Assembly: GCA_011364925.1 (NCBI GenBank) | Contig: RDOA01000057.1 | Span: forward strand, 1 to 20,997 | Source of the DNA: Promethearchaeota archaeon | GTDB taxonomy: Archaea; Asgardarchaeota; Lokiarchaeia; Sigyniarchaeales; SOKP01 | DNA length: 20,997 nt | Direction of reading: 5' to 3' | In this document: positions 9,394-17,853 of the stretch, piece by piece | How the letters are laid out: each line of letters begins with the position of its first letter | Numbering within the stretch: position 1 is the stretch's first letter | Made by a program: the position numbers and the translations under genes | Notes under the pieces: generated by a model | Databases searched by the model: none | What the model was told of the DNA's origin: nothing | What the model saw: only the letters and a program-made list of their open reading frames with translations

Positions 9394-9981
9394 CTAATCG
9401 GTCTCCCTCAGATACTCAACTAACTTTCTCCAAGCTTTTCCTCTGTGGGAGACATTATTCTTTTCTTCAACTGTTAATTCGGCAAAAGTTCTATTTGGTA
9501 AATCTGCGGGGAGAAAGATAGGATCAAAACCAAAACCTCCTCTTCCTCTGATGGTCTTTGCTAGTGTTCCCTCGACAATTCCTTCAAATACATGAGTTTC
9601 GCTTAAGGGTTGGAAATAAAGAGCGATGACAGCTTTAAAATGAGCTTTAGTTTCATCGTAATCTCTGATAAGGTCTAAAATACCCTTATTGCCGATTGTA
9701 TTTAGCACATAATTTGAATATACTCCTGGAAAACCGTTAAGAGGGATATCAACGAAAAATCCAGCGTCTTCGATAAAATAGGAACCATTTAGCTTTCCCC
9801 TCACACTATTTAATTTGAATAAGGCTACTTCTTTAATGCTTGTTGCTTGAATTTCGGTAGTTTTAATTTCACTTTGCCTTATCTCGTAATTTAAATCTTC
9901 TTTTTGGAATAAATTCTTGATTTCGTTAAATTTGTTATTATTCCCAGTAATGAAATATATCGTTTCTTTTTGTTTTTCCAT
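9394..9981 (-). CDS. rdgB: Non-canonical purine NTP pyrophosphatase (RdgB/HAM1, dITP/XTP pyrophosphatase)
   Basis: Motifs FITGNNNK, EDAG, GFPGVYS, GGFGFDPIF and SHRGKA. ATG 9981 is preferred over TTG 10011. Confidence 0.95.
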   Translation of the reverse strand: MEKQKETIYFITGNNNKFNEIKNLFQKEDLNYEIRQSEIKTTEIQATSIKEVALFKLNSVRGKLNGSYFIEDAGFFVDIPLNGFPGVYSNYVLNTIGNKGILDLIRDYDETKAHFKAVIALYFQPLSETHVFEGIVEGTLAKTIRGRGGFGFDPIFLPADLPNRTFAELTVEEKNNVSHRGKAWRKLVEYLRETD

Positions 9982-10090
9982 AATCCTTCTAATATCCTTT
10001 GATTTATACAAATTAATAAGGTTTTAGTAGTCCAAATTCAAAAATTTTAATTTACATGATTCTTTATATTGTTCATCAATAAAATTGCAG

Positions 10091-10100
10091 TTATTAAATA
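10091..10100 (+). promoter_or_regulatory. Putative TATA box for rps15 (probably a leaderless transcript)
   Basis: TTATTAAATA ends 23 nt before ATG 10124 and no SD motif is present. The region is AT-rich, so specificity is limited. Confidence 0.4.
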
Positions 10101-10123
10101 TTTCATAAACTGTGACGTAAAAT

Positions 10124-10582
10124 ATGGCTCGTATGCACTCAAGAAAGAAGGGAAACTCTGGAAGCACTCGTCCAGCAAGGCGAGAGAAGCCAGTCTGGGT
10201 AGAACTTTCTTCCGAAGAAGTAGAAAACGAGGTTATTAAACTAGCGAGAAAAGGTTTCTCTCAGTCGTTAATCGGTGTAAAGTTAAGGGATTCCTATGGC
10301 ATACCTTTGGTTAAAGTAGTCACCGGTAAATCGATTCATCAAATTCTCAAAGAGAACAATATTGAAACACCGCTTCCCGAGGATTTAACGAATTTAGTGA
10401 AAAAAGCACTAACTCTAAGAAAGCATCTAGAATCAAATCATAAAGACCTTGAATCGAAAAAAGGTTTGCAGAGGACAGAAAGTAAGATATACAGGTTAAT
10501 TAAGTATTATAAAAGCAAAAAAGTATTAGAACCCGACTTTAGATACGATCCCGAGAAGATCAGAACAATAGTGATGAGGTAA
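10124..10582 (+). CDS. rps15: 30S ribosomal protein uS15 (archaeal S15/S13e)
   Basis: MARMHSRKKGNSGSTRP; IGVKLRDSYGIP; LPEDLTNLVKKA; ESKIYRLIKYYK. Confidence 0.98.
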   Translation: MARMHSRKKGNSGSTRPARREKPVWVELSSEEVENEVIKLARKGFSQSLIGVKLRDSYGIPLVKVVTGKSIHQILKENNIETPLPEDLTNLVKKALTLRKHLESNHKDLESKKGLQRTESKIYRLIKYYKSKKVLEPDFRYDPEKIRTIVMR

Positions 10583-10591
10583 TACTAATCT

Positions 10592-11386
10592 ATGAGTCAA
10601 AAGGCTAGGAAAAAAAGTCCGAAATTGAGGAAAGTTTCTTTTAAAGATAAAGATTGGTTTACTGTAATTTCTCCAAAAAGCTTTAACTTCAAACCTATCG
10701 GAGAAATTATTGGAATAGAAAATACAGTAATTGGTAGAACCGTCGAAACTTTGTTGTACGATTTTACAAACAGATACGAAGATATAAGTTTAAAATTGAA
10801 ATTTAGAGTTGTTCAAGCAAATCCAGAATCAAACCAAGCAAAAGCCATATTTATAGGGCATTCTTATACGAACGACTATGTAAGATCACTAATCGGAAGA
10901 GGAAGTTCTAAAATCCAAACTATAATAAATCTAACGACTAAAGATAATTACATTTTTCGATTAACAGTAATTTGCACGACGATAAAGAGAGCCCGTAGTT
11001 CACAACAAATCGTTATTAGAAAAATCATGAGGGAAATTTTAAGAGAATTTGCAAAGACTCTAAATCACGAAAAGTTCATAACTGGAATGATTCATTCTGA
11101 GTTTTCAAATCAAATTTTAAGAATCGCAAAAACAATATATCCATTATCAAATTGCTCAGTAATTAAAAGTAAGTTAGTTAATATTCCTGAAGGCGGGGAA
11201 GATAAAGTATATATTGCTGAAGATGAAACTTTCGAAGTAGTTGAAGTGGAAGTTAAACGTACTAGAAAAAGTGATATAAAAAGAACTGAGAGAATCAATG
11301 TTAGGAAGCTTGGCCAGTCTAAAGCTGCGGTAAAAGAAGATTCATCGGATGAGACTGAATCTATTGAAGATACCTCAGAGGAATAG
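10592..11386 (+). CDS. rps3ae: 30S ribosomal protein eS1 (S3Ae) with a C-terminal extension
   Basis: KDKDWFTVISPKSF, GRTVETLLYDFT, DYVRSLIGRGSSKI, RARSSQQIVIRKIM and KTIYPL match the eS1 pattern. Located 9 nt after rps15. Confidence 0.95.
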   Translation: MSQKARKKSPKLRKVSFKDKDWFTVISPKSFNFKPIGEIIGIENTVIGRTVETLLYDFTNRYEDISLKLKFRVVQANPESNQAKAIFIGHSYTNDYVRSLIGRGSSKIQTIINLTTKDNYIFRLTVICTTIKRARSSQQIVIRKIMREILREFAKTLNHEKFITGMIHSEFSNQILRIAKTIYPLSNCSVIKSKLVNIPEGGEDKVYIAEDETFEVVEVEVKRTRKSDIKRTERINVRKLGQSKAAVKEDSSDETESIEDTSEE

Positions 11387-11407
11387 GTTTCTGAATAAAA
11401 TGTAAAC

Positions 11408-12697
11408 TTAACAGTTTCTTCTTTTTTTAATTATTTCTTTCTTATATTGATAGTATAAAGTATTATCAGGAACATCTTCATTTACTATTGTGTGCGCCCC
11501 AATAATAGACCCCTGTCCGATTTTTTTACCACACATAATACTGGTGTTAATTCCTGTTTGCGAGTTTGGTCCGATAATGGCACCTAATTTACGTCTACCA
11601 GAATCAATTAATTTATCATTAATAGTCATTTTTATATTCTCGTTGTCAAACCTTAAGTTAGAAATTTTAGTACCCGCTCCAAGGTTAACATTTTCACATA
11701 TAATCGAATCTCCAATGTAATTAAAATGAGGTACAGCTGAATTTGAGAATATTAATGAGTTCTTAACTTCAGACATCCCAATATGACAATCGTTCCCTAT
11801 TGATGAATGGGGTCTAATAAACGCATTCGGACCTATTAGAGAATTTTCTCCTATATAGCAAGGACCTATAATATAAGATCCAGATCGAACCACTGAATTT
11901 TCTCCGATGATAACATTACCTTTAATCACTACATTTTTTTCTACTTCGCCTTTAATATCGCTGGAAATTCTATCTAAAACATAAACATTTGCGTCTAAAA
12001 GGTGCCATGGTAATCCGATATCGCTCCAATATAGTTCTTTGATTACATATCCCTTGATCTTTCCTTTCAAGTCGTTAATAAGAATCCTCATTGAGTCAGT
12101 GAATTCAAATTCTTTCCTTAACGAGAGTTTTGTATTTTCTATTGCTTCAAATATGCGTGAACTGAAAACAAATATTCCTGCGTTCGCTAAATTTCCCAAA
12201 TCTAATTCATTAGAAGGCTTTTCAGTAATATCTTCAACATAACCTTCAGGGTTTAAAGAAATTATTCCGTATTCTTCTGGATTGCTAACTTCAAATAAAG
12301 AAATTACTCCATCAACTTGGTTCTCTTCAAAACTTTTTACTACATTGCTGTAGATCGTTGGATCTGCGAGTAGATCACCATACATTAATAAAAAACTATC
12401 CTCTCCTACAAAGTCTTTGGCAAATCCTACTGCATGAGCTGTACCTAAATGCTCAGTTTGTGAGATATAACTAATATTTACATTAAATTTTTCAGCACTG
12501 TCCCCGAAATAATCTTTTATAATTTGATCTTGATAACCAACGATCATTAGAACTTCGGTTATACCAATTTCTTTTAAACTTAAAACAGAATATTCTAAAA
12601 GCGGGGTTCCTCCAATAGGGATCATCGGTTTTGGAAGGGTAGATGTTATGGGATGTAATCGTTTACCCTTACCGGCTGCTAAGATAACAGCTTTCAT
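11408..12697 (-). CDS. glmU: Archaeal GlmU-like bifunctional sugar-1-phosphate nucleotidylyltransferase/acetyltransferase
   Basis: MKAVILAAGKGKRLHPIT..PKPMIP, LGTAHA and MYGD motifs, then a left-handed beta-helix of hexapeptides with PHFNYIGDS, NLGAGT, NLRFD and GRRKLGAIIG. Confidence 0.9.
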   Translation of the reverse strand: MKAVILAAGKGKRLHPITSTLPKPMIPIGGTPLLEYSVLSLKEIGITEVLMIVGYQDQIIKDYFGDSAEKFNVNISYISQTEHLGTAHAVGFAKDFVGEDSFLLMYGDLLADPTIYSNVVKSFEENQVDGVISLFEVSNPEEYGIISLNPEGYVEDITEKPSNELDLGNLANAGIFVFSSRIFEAIENTKLSLRKEFEFTDSMRILINDLKGKIKGYVIKELYWSDIGLPWHLLDANVYVLDRISSDIKGEVEKNVVIKGNVIIGENSVVRSGSYIIGPCYIGENSLIGPNAFIRPHSSIGNDCHIGMSEVKNSLIFSNSAVPHFNYIGDSIICENVNLGAGTKISNLRFDNENIKMTINDKLIDSGRRKLGAIIGPNSQTGINTSIMCGKKIGQGSIIGAHTIVNEDVPDNTLYYQYKKEIIKKRRNC

Positions 12698-12721
12698 AAG
12701 TATCTATAAGTAGCATTTTAT

Positions 12722-13606
12722 TTAGAAATTATCGATTAGAAACTCATTAAGCTGAGTTTTCAGAGATCTAAAGGGTTTTAAATCCCCGGCGAATTCGTTT
12801 GTTAAAATTTGCTCTTGAGAAATATTATGCTCTAATTGATTAAAAATCTCTTTTATTTTAACAAAATCTCCAGAAGCGATGAAATCTAACGAATATTCAT
12901 TTATTGGACTACAAAGAATTATCTTTTTGCATCCTTGGTCATCTAAATCGTTAAAATGTACTTCTTTTATGTTTGTTTTTGCTCGGATTTGAGTATTCAT
13001 GGTGATTGTTGCAAGTTTAGCCGAAATACTTGATGCAAATAGCTCTATATTCTCATCATTAATTTCTCTATGAAAATTATTCAAAAGAGATTTATCATAC
13101 AATTGCGAAATTATTGGTAATCCTTGAGCAGAAATGCCACAGTATATTATTTTATTTTCTATACCTAAACATTGCGCTTCGATTACTTCATCTTCTATGG
13201 GATCTCGATATTTATCCCATAGATATCCTGTTATTAGTTGTATAACTTTTGAAAATTCTGAGTGACTTGACATTTTTTTAATAATTTCTGCGGTCTCGTA
13301 ATTAGCTGTGACTTTTTCAATATATTCATCCATTAATTTAGATACTTCTTCAGAGTTTGATGGAAAATCACCAGTTATGCAATAGAATAAGCTTTGATCA
13401 TTTTCTGTTACGATATGTCTGATTATCATCCGTTCCTTACCCATATCACCCTCAAATAAGATGTTTGTTAATCGCCAAAAATTCTTAGGATTAAGACTAC
13501 TAATTAACTTTTCGACAAAAAGCACTATTTCAAAAGAAGGGTATTTATTAGAATTTGATACATAGAGTACATCTTCATCCAGAATAATTGCAAAACCGGT
13601 TAACAT
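12722..13606 (-). CDS. Hypothetical protein, predicted tandem longin-like domains
   Basis: 294-aa ORF with two segments showing a beta-beta-alpha-beta-beta-beta-alpha-alpha pattern. The second has GISAQGLPIISQ and a terminal FAGDLKPF helix motif. The fold is inferred by eye. Confidence 0.6.
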   Translation of the reverse strand: MLTGFAIILDEDVLYVSNSNKYPSFEIVLFVEKLISSLNPKNFWRLTNILFEGDMGKERMIIRHIVTENDQSLFYCITGDFPSNSEEVSKLMDEYIEKVTANYETAEIIKKMSSHSEFSKVIQLITGYLWDKYRDPIEDEVIEAQCLGIENKIIYCGISAQGLPIISQLYDKSLLNNFHREINDENIELFASSISAKLATITMNTQIRAKTNIKEVHFNDLDDQGCKKIILCSPINEYSLDFIASGDFVKIKEIFNQLEHNISQEQILTNEFAGDLKPFRSLKTQLNEFLIDNF

Positions 13607-13872
13607 AGAAAAAATCGACGCAGAAATAATGGTTAAGTAATAAAACTATCCCTTTAAAAATTCTAATAATTAAAAATATTAATTATTTTCGAATAGATCA
13701 ATTTTAAATAATAGAAATCTAAGGGTTATTTGAATCTTAGGAATTTTTAATTTTTCTGTACCTATATAACAATTAACTTTTAATAATTTCAATAAATATA
13801 ATAAAAATAGCTGAAAACTTACAGATGCTTAGTTTTAATTAATATTTACAATACAATTTTTCATCAGATTAC

Positions 13873-14667
13873 ATGAAAGTCGTAAGATTAATCGAGAAGA
13901 AGAAAATCCAAAAAGCAGCCAGTCTCCTTTTAAATTCGAAAGAAGCAATTGTGCTAACGGGGGCAGGGGTCTCTACTGAGTCTGGAATACCCGATTTTCG
14001 TGGCGAAGGAGGTATCTGGGAGAAATACAAGCCTGAAATCTATGGTAATATCAGCGCATTTTTAAAAAATCCCGCTAAGTTCTGGGAGATGGCCCAAAAG
14101 ATCGCCCCTAACTTGTTCAAAGCAAAACCAAATCCCGGACATTACGCTCTCGCAGAATTGGAGAAATTGGGTATAATTAAAGCTGTGATTACTCAAAACA
14201 TCGATGAACTCCACCAAAAAGCCGGTTCTATAATTGTTTACGAAATACATGGCAGTGTCAATAGATTTAATTGTGTAGCGTGTAATGCCTCCTACACAAA
14301 AGAACAAATTCTAAGAAAATTGAAGAAAGAAAAGAAAGGGGGTCCTTCTTGCGAGTATTGCGCTGCTCCTTTGAAACCTTCGGCCGTTTTGTTTGGAGAA
14401 CCTTTACCACGATTTGAGAAATTCCAATCCCAAGCTTTAGCTCAAAAAGCAGATGTAATGTTAATAGCTGGTTCCTCTCTCTCGGTTGCTCCTGCGTGTT
14501 ATTTACCGCTTTATACGCTTAGGGAAAATGGAAAATTAATTATCGTGAATGACCAACCAACAGATCTGGACGATAAAGCTGAGGTTGTAATTCATCATAA
14601 AACGGGAGCAGTTTTACCTTTAATCGTTGAAGAAATCAAAAGATTACAAATTTTACAAAAAGCATAA
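13873..14667 (+). CDS. cobB: NAD-dependent protein deacylase, Sir2/sirtuin family
   Basis: GAGVSTESGIPDFRG, TQNIDELH, EIHG, Zn ligands CVAC/CEYC, VLFGEPLP and GSSLSVAPA. Confidence 0.96.
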   Translation: MKVVRLIEKKKIQKAASLLLNSKEAIVLTGAGVSTESGIPDFRGEGGIWEKYKPEIYGNISAFLKNPAKFWEMAQKIAPNLFKAKPNPGHYALAELEKLGIIKAVITQNIDELHQKAGSIIVYEIHGSVNRFNCVACNASYTKEQILRKLKKEKKGGPSCEYCAAPLKPSAVLFGEPLPRFEKFQSQALAQKADVMLIAGSSLSVAPACYLPLYTLRENGKLIIVNDQPTDLDDKAEVVIHHKTGAVLPLIVEEIKRLQILQKA

Positions 14668-14717
14668 TCGTTTATTAGACATTCTCTAATGGTCCAATAA
14701 GTTAATGGTTTTACCGT

Positions 14718-16304
14718 ATGTATAGAGAAAGCGTTATTGTGAAAGATTGGAGAAATATTGATTTAACCTTTGGTCTAATTTATCCAAATACCTATCAATT
14801 AGGAATGTCTTCGTATTCAATTAGACTCCTTTATCATTTAATCAATTCAAATGAAAAATATGTGTGTGAACGATTCTATTTACCTGATAAGATTAATTTT
14901 CCTGCCACTAAGGATTTTTCTTCGATAAATCAACTTCGCAGCATCGAAAATCAGATATTACCAAAAGAATTCGACATTTTAGGTTTCTCTGTTCATTACG
15001 AAAACGATTTTAGGAACATCTTATGGATGTTAGAGAAAGCAGAAATTCCTTTAAAATCTAAAGAAAGAACAAAATCTTCAACTGGTATTTTAAACGAATT
15101 TCCTTTAATAATAGGAGGGGGTCCTGCAATAACCTCTAATCCGCTACCATTAAGTCCCATTTTTGACGTATGCTTCATTGGAGACGCAGAACCGAATTTA
15201 AGTAAATTTCTAAGCACTTATTTAGCATTTAAATCAAAAGATTACAACTTTGAAACTTTTCTAAGGAATGTCACCCATATCGAAGGAATATTTGTTCCAT
15301 CTCTTAATAATGAAGTGAAGCGTGCGGTTTTAAAAGATTTAGATAACTCACCCTTCCCTCGTTATCAATTGCTTTCTAAAAGTGGTATTAAAAAAAAGAA
15401 GATTTTTGAATCAAGCTATTTTATTGAAGTAAATCGAGGTTGCCCGTATCAATGCAAATTCTGTATTTCCTCGTTTCATAACTATCCTTTTCGAAACAAG
15501 AGTTACAACGAAATAATTAAAGCAATTGATCAAGGTTTGAAATATTCTGATTTTGACAAAATTAGTCTTATAGGTTCGTGTGTATCGTCACATCCCAAAT
15601 TTATTGATATCTGTGAATACATCCTCAATACTGGAAAAACATTTAGTATTCCTTCGATACGAATAGATCATATTACACCTGAAGTTATTAAGCTCCTCGA
15701 GCGAAGTGGCGTGAAAACAATAACTATTGCTCCTGAAACAGGAGCAGAATCGTTGAGAGTGGAGTTAGGGAAACGAATTACCAATGAAAAAATTTTTCTA
15801 GTCCTAAATTTGATTAAAGAATCAAAAATAAGAAACATAAAATTTTACTTCCTAATCGGCTTACCAAACGAAACTGATGAAGATATTGAAGAGATTCTAC
15901 ATTTATTACGCAAAATTGATAAAATCGGATTTAGTAAGAATGAATTAAGAGTTAACATAAACCCTTTTGTTCCAAAATTAAACACTCCATATAAAAATCA
16001 ATGCTCTTTCTATTTTACAGAAAATCTTGATGAGTTCAAACGTAGACTCTCTCATTTAGGCAGAGAGTTAAAAAAAAATTCAGCAATTAAAATTAATTTT
16101 CAAGAGCCTAATAAAATAATAAATAACGCAAGATTACAAACATTATTATCATTAGGAGATCGAAGTACAGCTGATATCTTGCTGACCTACTACCTTAACG
16201 GTGCTAATATGGGCGCGTTAAGAAGCGCTGAAAAAAAACTGAACTTCTCAATTGATGATTATTTCAAAAAGATGCATGATGGATATAATCCATGGAATTT
16301 TTAA
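14718..16304 (+). CDS. Radical SAM protein with an N-terminal B12-binding-like domain, substrate unknown
   Basis: IEVNRGCPYQCKFC (CxxxCxxC), YPNTYQLGMS, IIGGGP, SIRID, TIAPETG, YFLIGLPNET and PFVPKLNTP. Confidence 0.9.
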   Translation: MYRESVIVKDWRNIDLTFGLIYPNTYQLGMSSYSIRLLYHLINSNEKYVCERFYLPDKINFPATKDFSSINQLRSIENQILPKEFDILGFSVHYENDFRNILWMLEKAEIPLKSKERTKSSTGILNEFPLIIGGGPAITSNPLPLSPIFDVCFIGDAEPNLSKFLSTYLAFKSKDYNFETFLRNVTHIEGIFVPSLNNEVKRAVLKDLDNSPFPRYQLLSKSGIKKKKIFESSYFIEVNRGCPYQCKFCISSFHNYPFRNKSYNEIIKAIDQGLKYSDFDKISLIGSCVSSHPKFIDICEYILNTGKTFSIPSIRIDHITPEVIKLLERSGVKTITIAPETGAESLRVELGKRITNEKIFLVLNLIKESKIRNIKFYFLIGLPNETDEDIEEILHLLRKIDKIGFSKNELRVNINPFVPKLNTPYKNQCSFYFTENLDEFKRRLSHLGRELKKNSAIKINFQEPNKIINNARLQTLLSLGDRSTADILLTYYLNGANMGALRSAEKKLNFSIDDYFKKMHDGYNPWNF

Positions 16305-16323
16305 AAAAAAAAAGAAGAAAAAA
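16303..16323 (-). terminator. Oligo-T terminator for rubrerythrin, between convergent genes
   Basis: An A11 run (16303-16313) plus GAAGAAAAAA on + reads as T-tracts on the minus strand, 13-33 nt after the rubrerythrin stop. Archaeal intrinsic terminators are oligo-T. Confidence 0.6.
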
Positions 16324-16335
16324 TTTAATAAAATC

Positions 16336-16839
16336 TTATTCAATTTTGTTGAATGCTTTTTTTGCAGCTTTACAAACAGGACAATTTTCTGGAGGTTCTC
16401 CTTCGTGGGTGTAGCCACATACAGAGCATACATATATATCTTTAACCTCTAAATCCTTACCGCTTTCAACTAAATCTAACGCCTTTTTGTACAGTTTATG
16501 ATGGATTTTTTCTACTTCATTTGCGTAGTTAAAAGTCCTTTCCGCATTCGCATTTCCTTCTGTTTTAGCATTCTCAATAAATTCGGGATACATCGTTGTA
16601 AATTCGTAAAATTCACCATCGATAGCTTCTTTAAGATTTTCCACAGTCGATTTGATTCCACCTAAAACGCGTAAGTGATTGTGTGCATGCACAGTTTCCG
16701 CAGCAGCAGCAGCGTGGAATAAGCGTGCTACACCAGGAAACCCCTCTTGTTCAGCTTTTTTCGCAAAAGCTAAATATTTTCTATTTGCTTGGGATTCACC
16801 AGCGAAAGCAGATTTCAATCCTTCTTCCGATTTTGTCAC
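16336..16839 (-). CDS. rbr: Rubrerythrin (di-iron four-helix bundle plus rubredoxin-like domain)
   Basis: AFAGESQANRKY, AETVHA, GEFYE, VEKIH and CSVCGY...CPVC. GTG 16839 is preferred; GTG 16851 is an alternative start. Confidence 0.95.
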   Translation of the reverse strand: MTKSEEGLKSAFAGESQANRKYLAFAKKAEQEGFPGVARLFHAAAAAETVHAHNHLRVLGGIKSTVENLKEAIDGEFYEFTTMYPEFIENAKTEGNANAERTFNYANEVEKIHHKLYKKALDLVESGKDLEVKDIYVCSVCGYTHEGEPPENCPVCKAAKKAFNKIE

Positions 16840-16861
16840 GTTAATATTCACATGTTTTGGT

Positions 16862-16907
16862 TTAGGTTAAATTATGTTAAAAAATATTTTAACTTACATT
16901 TTATAAA
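16862..16907 (-). promoter_or_regulatory. Putative rubrerythrin promoter (TTTATAAA) with downstream operator-like inverted repeats
   Basis: TTTATAAA at 16900-16907; GTTAAAA-aata-TTTTAAC at 16876-16893; DtxR-like TTAGGTTA-aat-TATGTTAA at 16862-16880. Confidence 0.45.
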
Positions 16908-16990
16908 TAATAAAAAAAGATGAATCTAAAGTCAATACTTAAATGGGTATAAACTAAGAGGATCTTTGAATAATTTTGTATCAACTGATT

Positions 16991-17797
16991 TCATTTCTGA
17001 AGGATATCAATAATTTTCTTTACTGCTTTCTGTAAATAAAACTCCGCCATTCCAAACCTAATATTGGTATCAAAGATCAAGATAAGAATGTAGATATCCA
17101 ATATGTTTTCAGAGAAAATGAGTTCGTTGTTTTTCGAGGTATAAAATAACTTAAGAATAGAATTGTTTGATATTTTTACTCTAAAATCAACTTCTTTTAA
17201 AAATCGCTTTAGACTTGCATCATTAAAAGAGGTGAAAATTAGTTTTCCTCGATTGGTTATGAGTACAGCACCATTAAGTTCCTTCAATTTTTGGAATTCA
17301 TTTAGAAATTCCGTGATCATTCTTTCCTTTTTTAAATCAAATTCAGTTGAAAAAGGTTCTCTTATAATATCTTCAATGAGATAATTAAGATGCTCGTCAT
17401 ATACATATTCTATATCAGTTCTAATGTTGTGCTTATTCGAATAAGAGAGAAATGTCGAGTTAACTTTTGAAATTATCGCCTCTAGTAGCTCCAAGTTTTC
17501 AATAGCACTACAAAGAAGACTGTAATATAATCCTTTTTTTTCAAACACGACTAATTTGATTCCACCACCCATTTCAACGGTTTTAATTTTATCTCCAATA
17601 AGTTCTTTAGTAAAAGACATCAAAGCTGTAAAATAAGAAGAAATAAGTTGTTCTTGCTCTATTCGGTAAAGATTCGTGAGATTTAACCCATAGATGCATA
17701 TTCCTGATTTATTAAATATGAACAGATTGTGGATGTTCAATTTCTCAGGTACTCTTTTAATCTTCGAGATAATTGCAGAATGATCGGGAATTCCCAT
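16991..17797 (-). CDS. Longin-like plus roadblock/LAMTOR-like fusion protein
   Basis: N-terminal domain: LFIFNKSGICIY...LISSYFTALMSFTKELIGDKIKTVEM (longin pattern). C-terminal domain: LNGAVLITNRGKLIFTS...ILILIFD..IRFGMAEFYLQKAVKKI (roadblock pattern). Confidence 0.7.
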   Translation of the reverse strand: MGIPDHSAIISKIKRVPEKLNIHNLFIFNKSGICIYGLNLTNLYRIEQEQLISSYFTALMSFTKELIGDKIKTVEMGGGIKLVVFEKKGLYYSLLCSAIENLELLEAIISKVNSTFLSYSNKHNIRTDIEYVYDEHLNYLIEDIIREPFSTEFDLKKERMITEFLNEFQKLKELNGAVLITNRGKLIFTSFNDASLKRFLKEVDFRVKISNNSILKLFYTSKNNELIFSENILDIYILILIFDTNIRFGMAEFYLQKAVKKIIDILQK

Positions 17798-17818
17798 ATT
17801 ATTTTGTTTAATTCAAAG

Positions 17819-17826
17819 TATAAAAA
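17819..17826 (-). promoter_or_regulatory. Putative TATA box for the longin-roadblock gene (leaderless)
   Basis: Minus-strand TTTTTATA at -29 to -22 relative to ATG 17797. Confidence 0.5.
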
Positions 17827-17853
17827 GCTCAAACTTTTCACTTTTCTCTGGTT

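Noticed and set aside
13665-13687. Inverted repeat AATAATTAA-N5-TTAATTATT in the divergent longin/sirtuin spacer
   Set aside because: It is composed only of A/T in an extremely AT-rich spacer, so it is likely to occur by chance.
15390-16240. A8-A9 homopolymers in the radical SAM gene as phase-variation or frameshift sites
   Set aside because: The ORF is intact and full length, and such runs are expected from Lys codons in an AT-rich genome.
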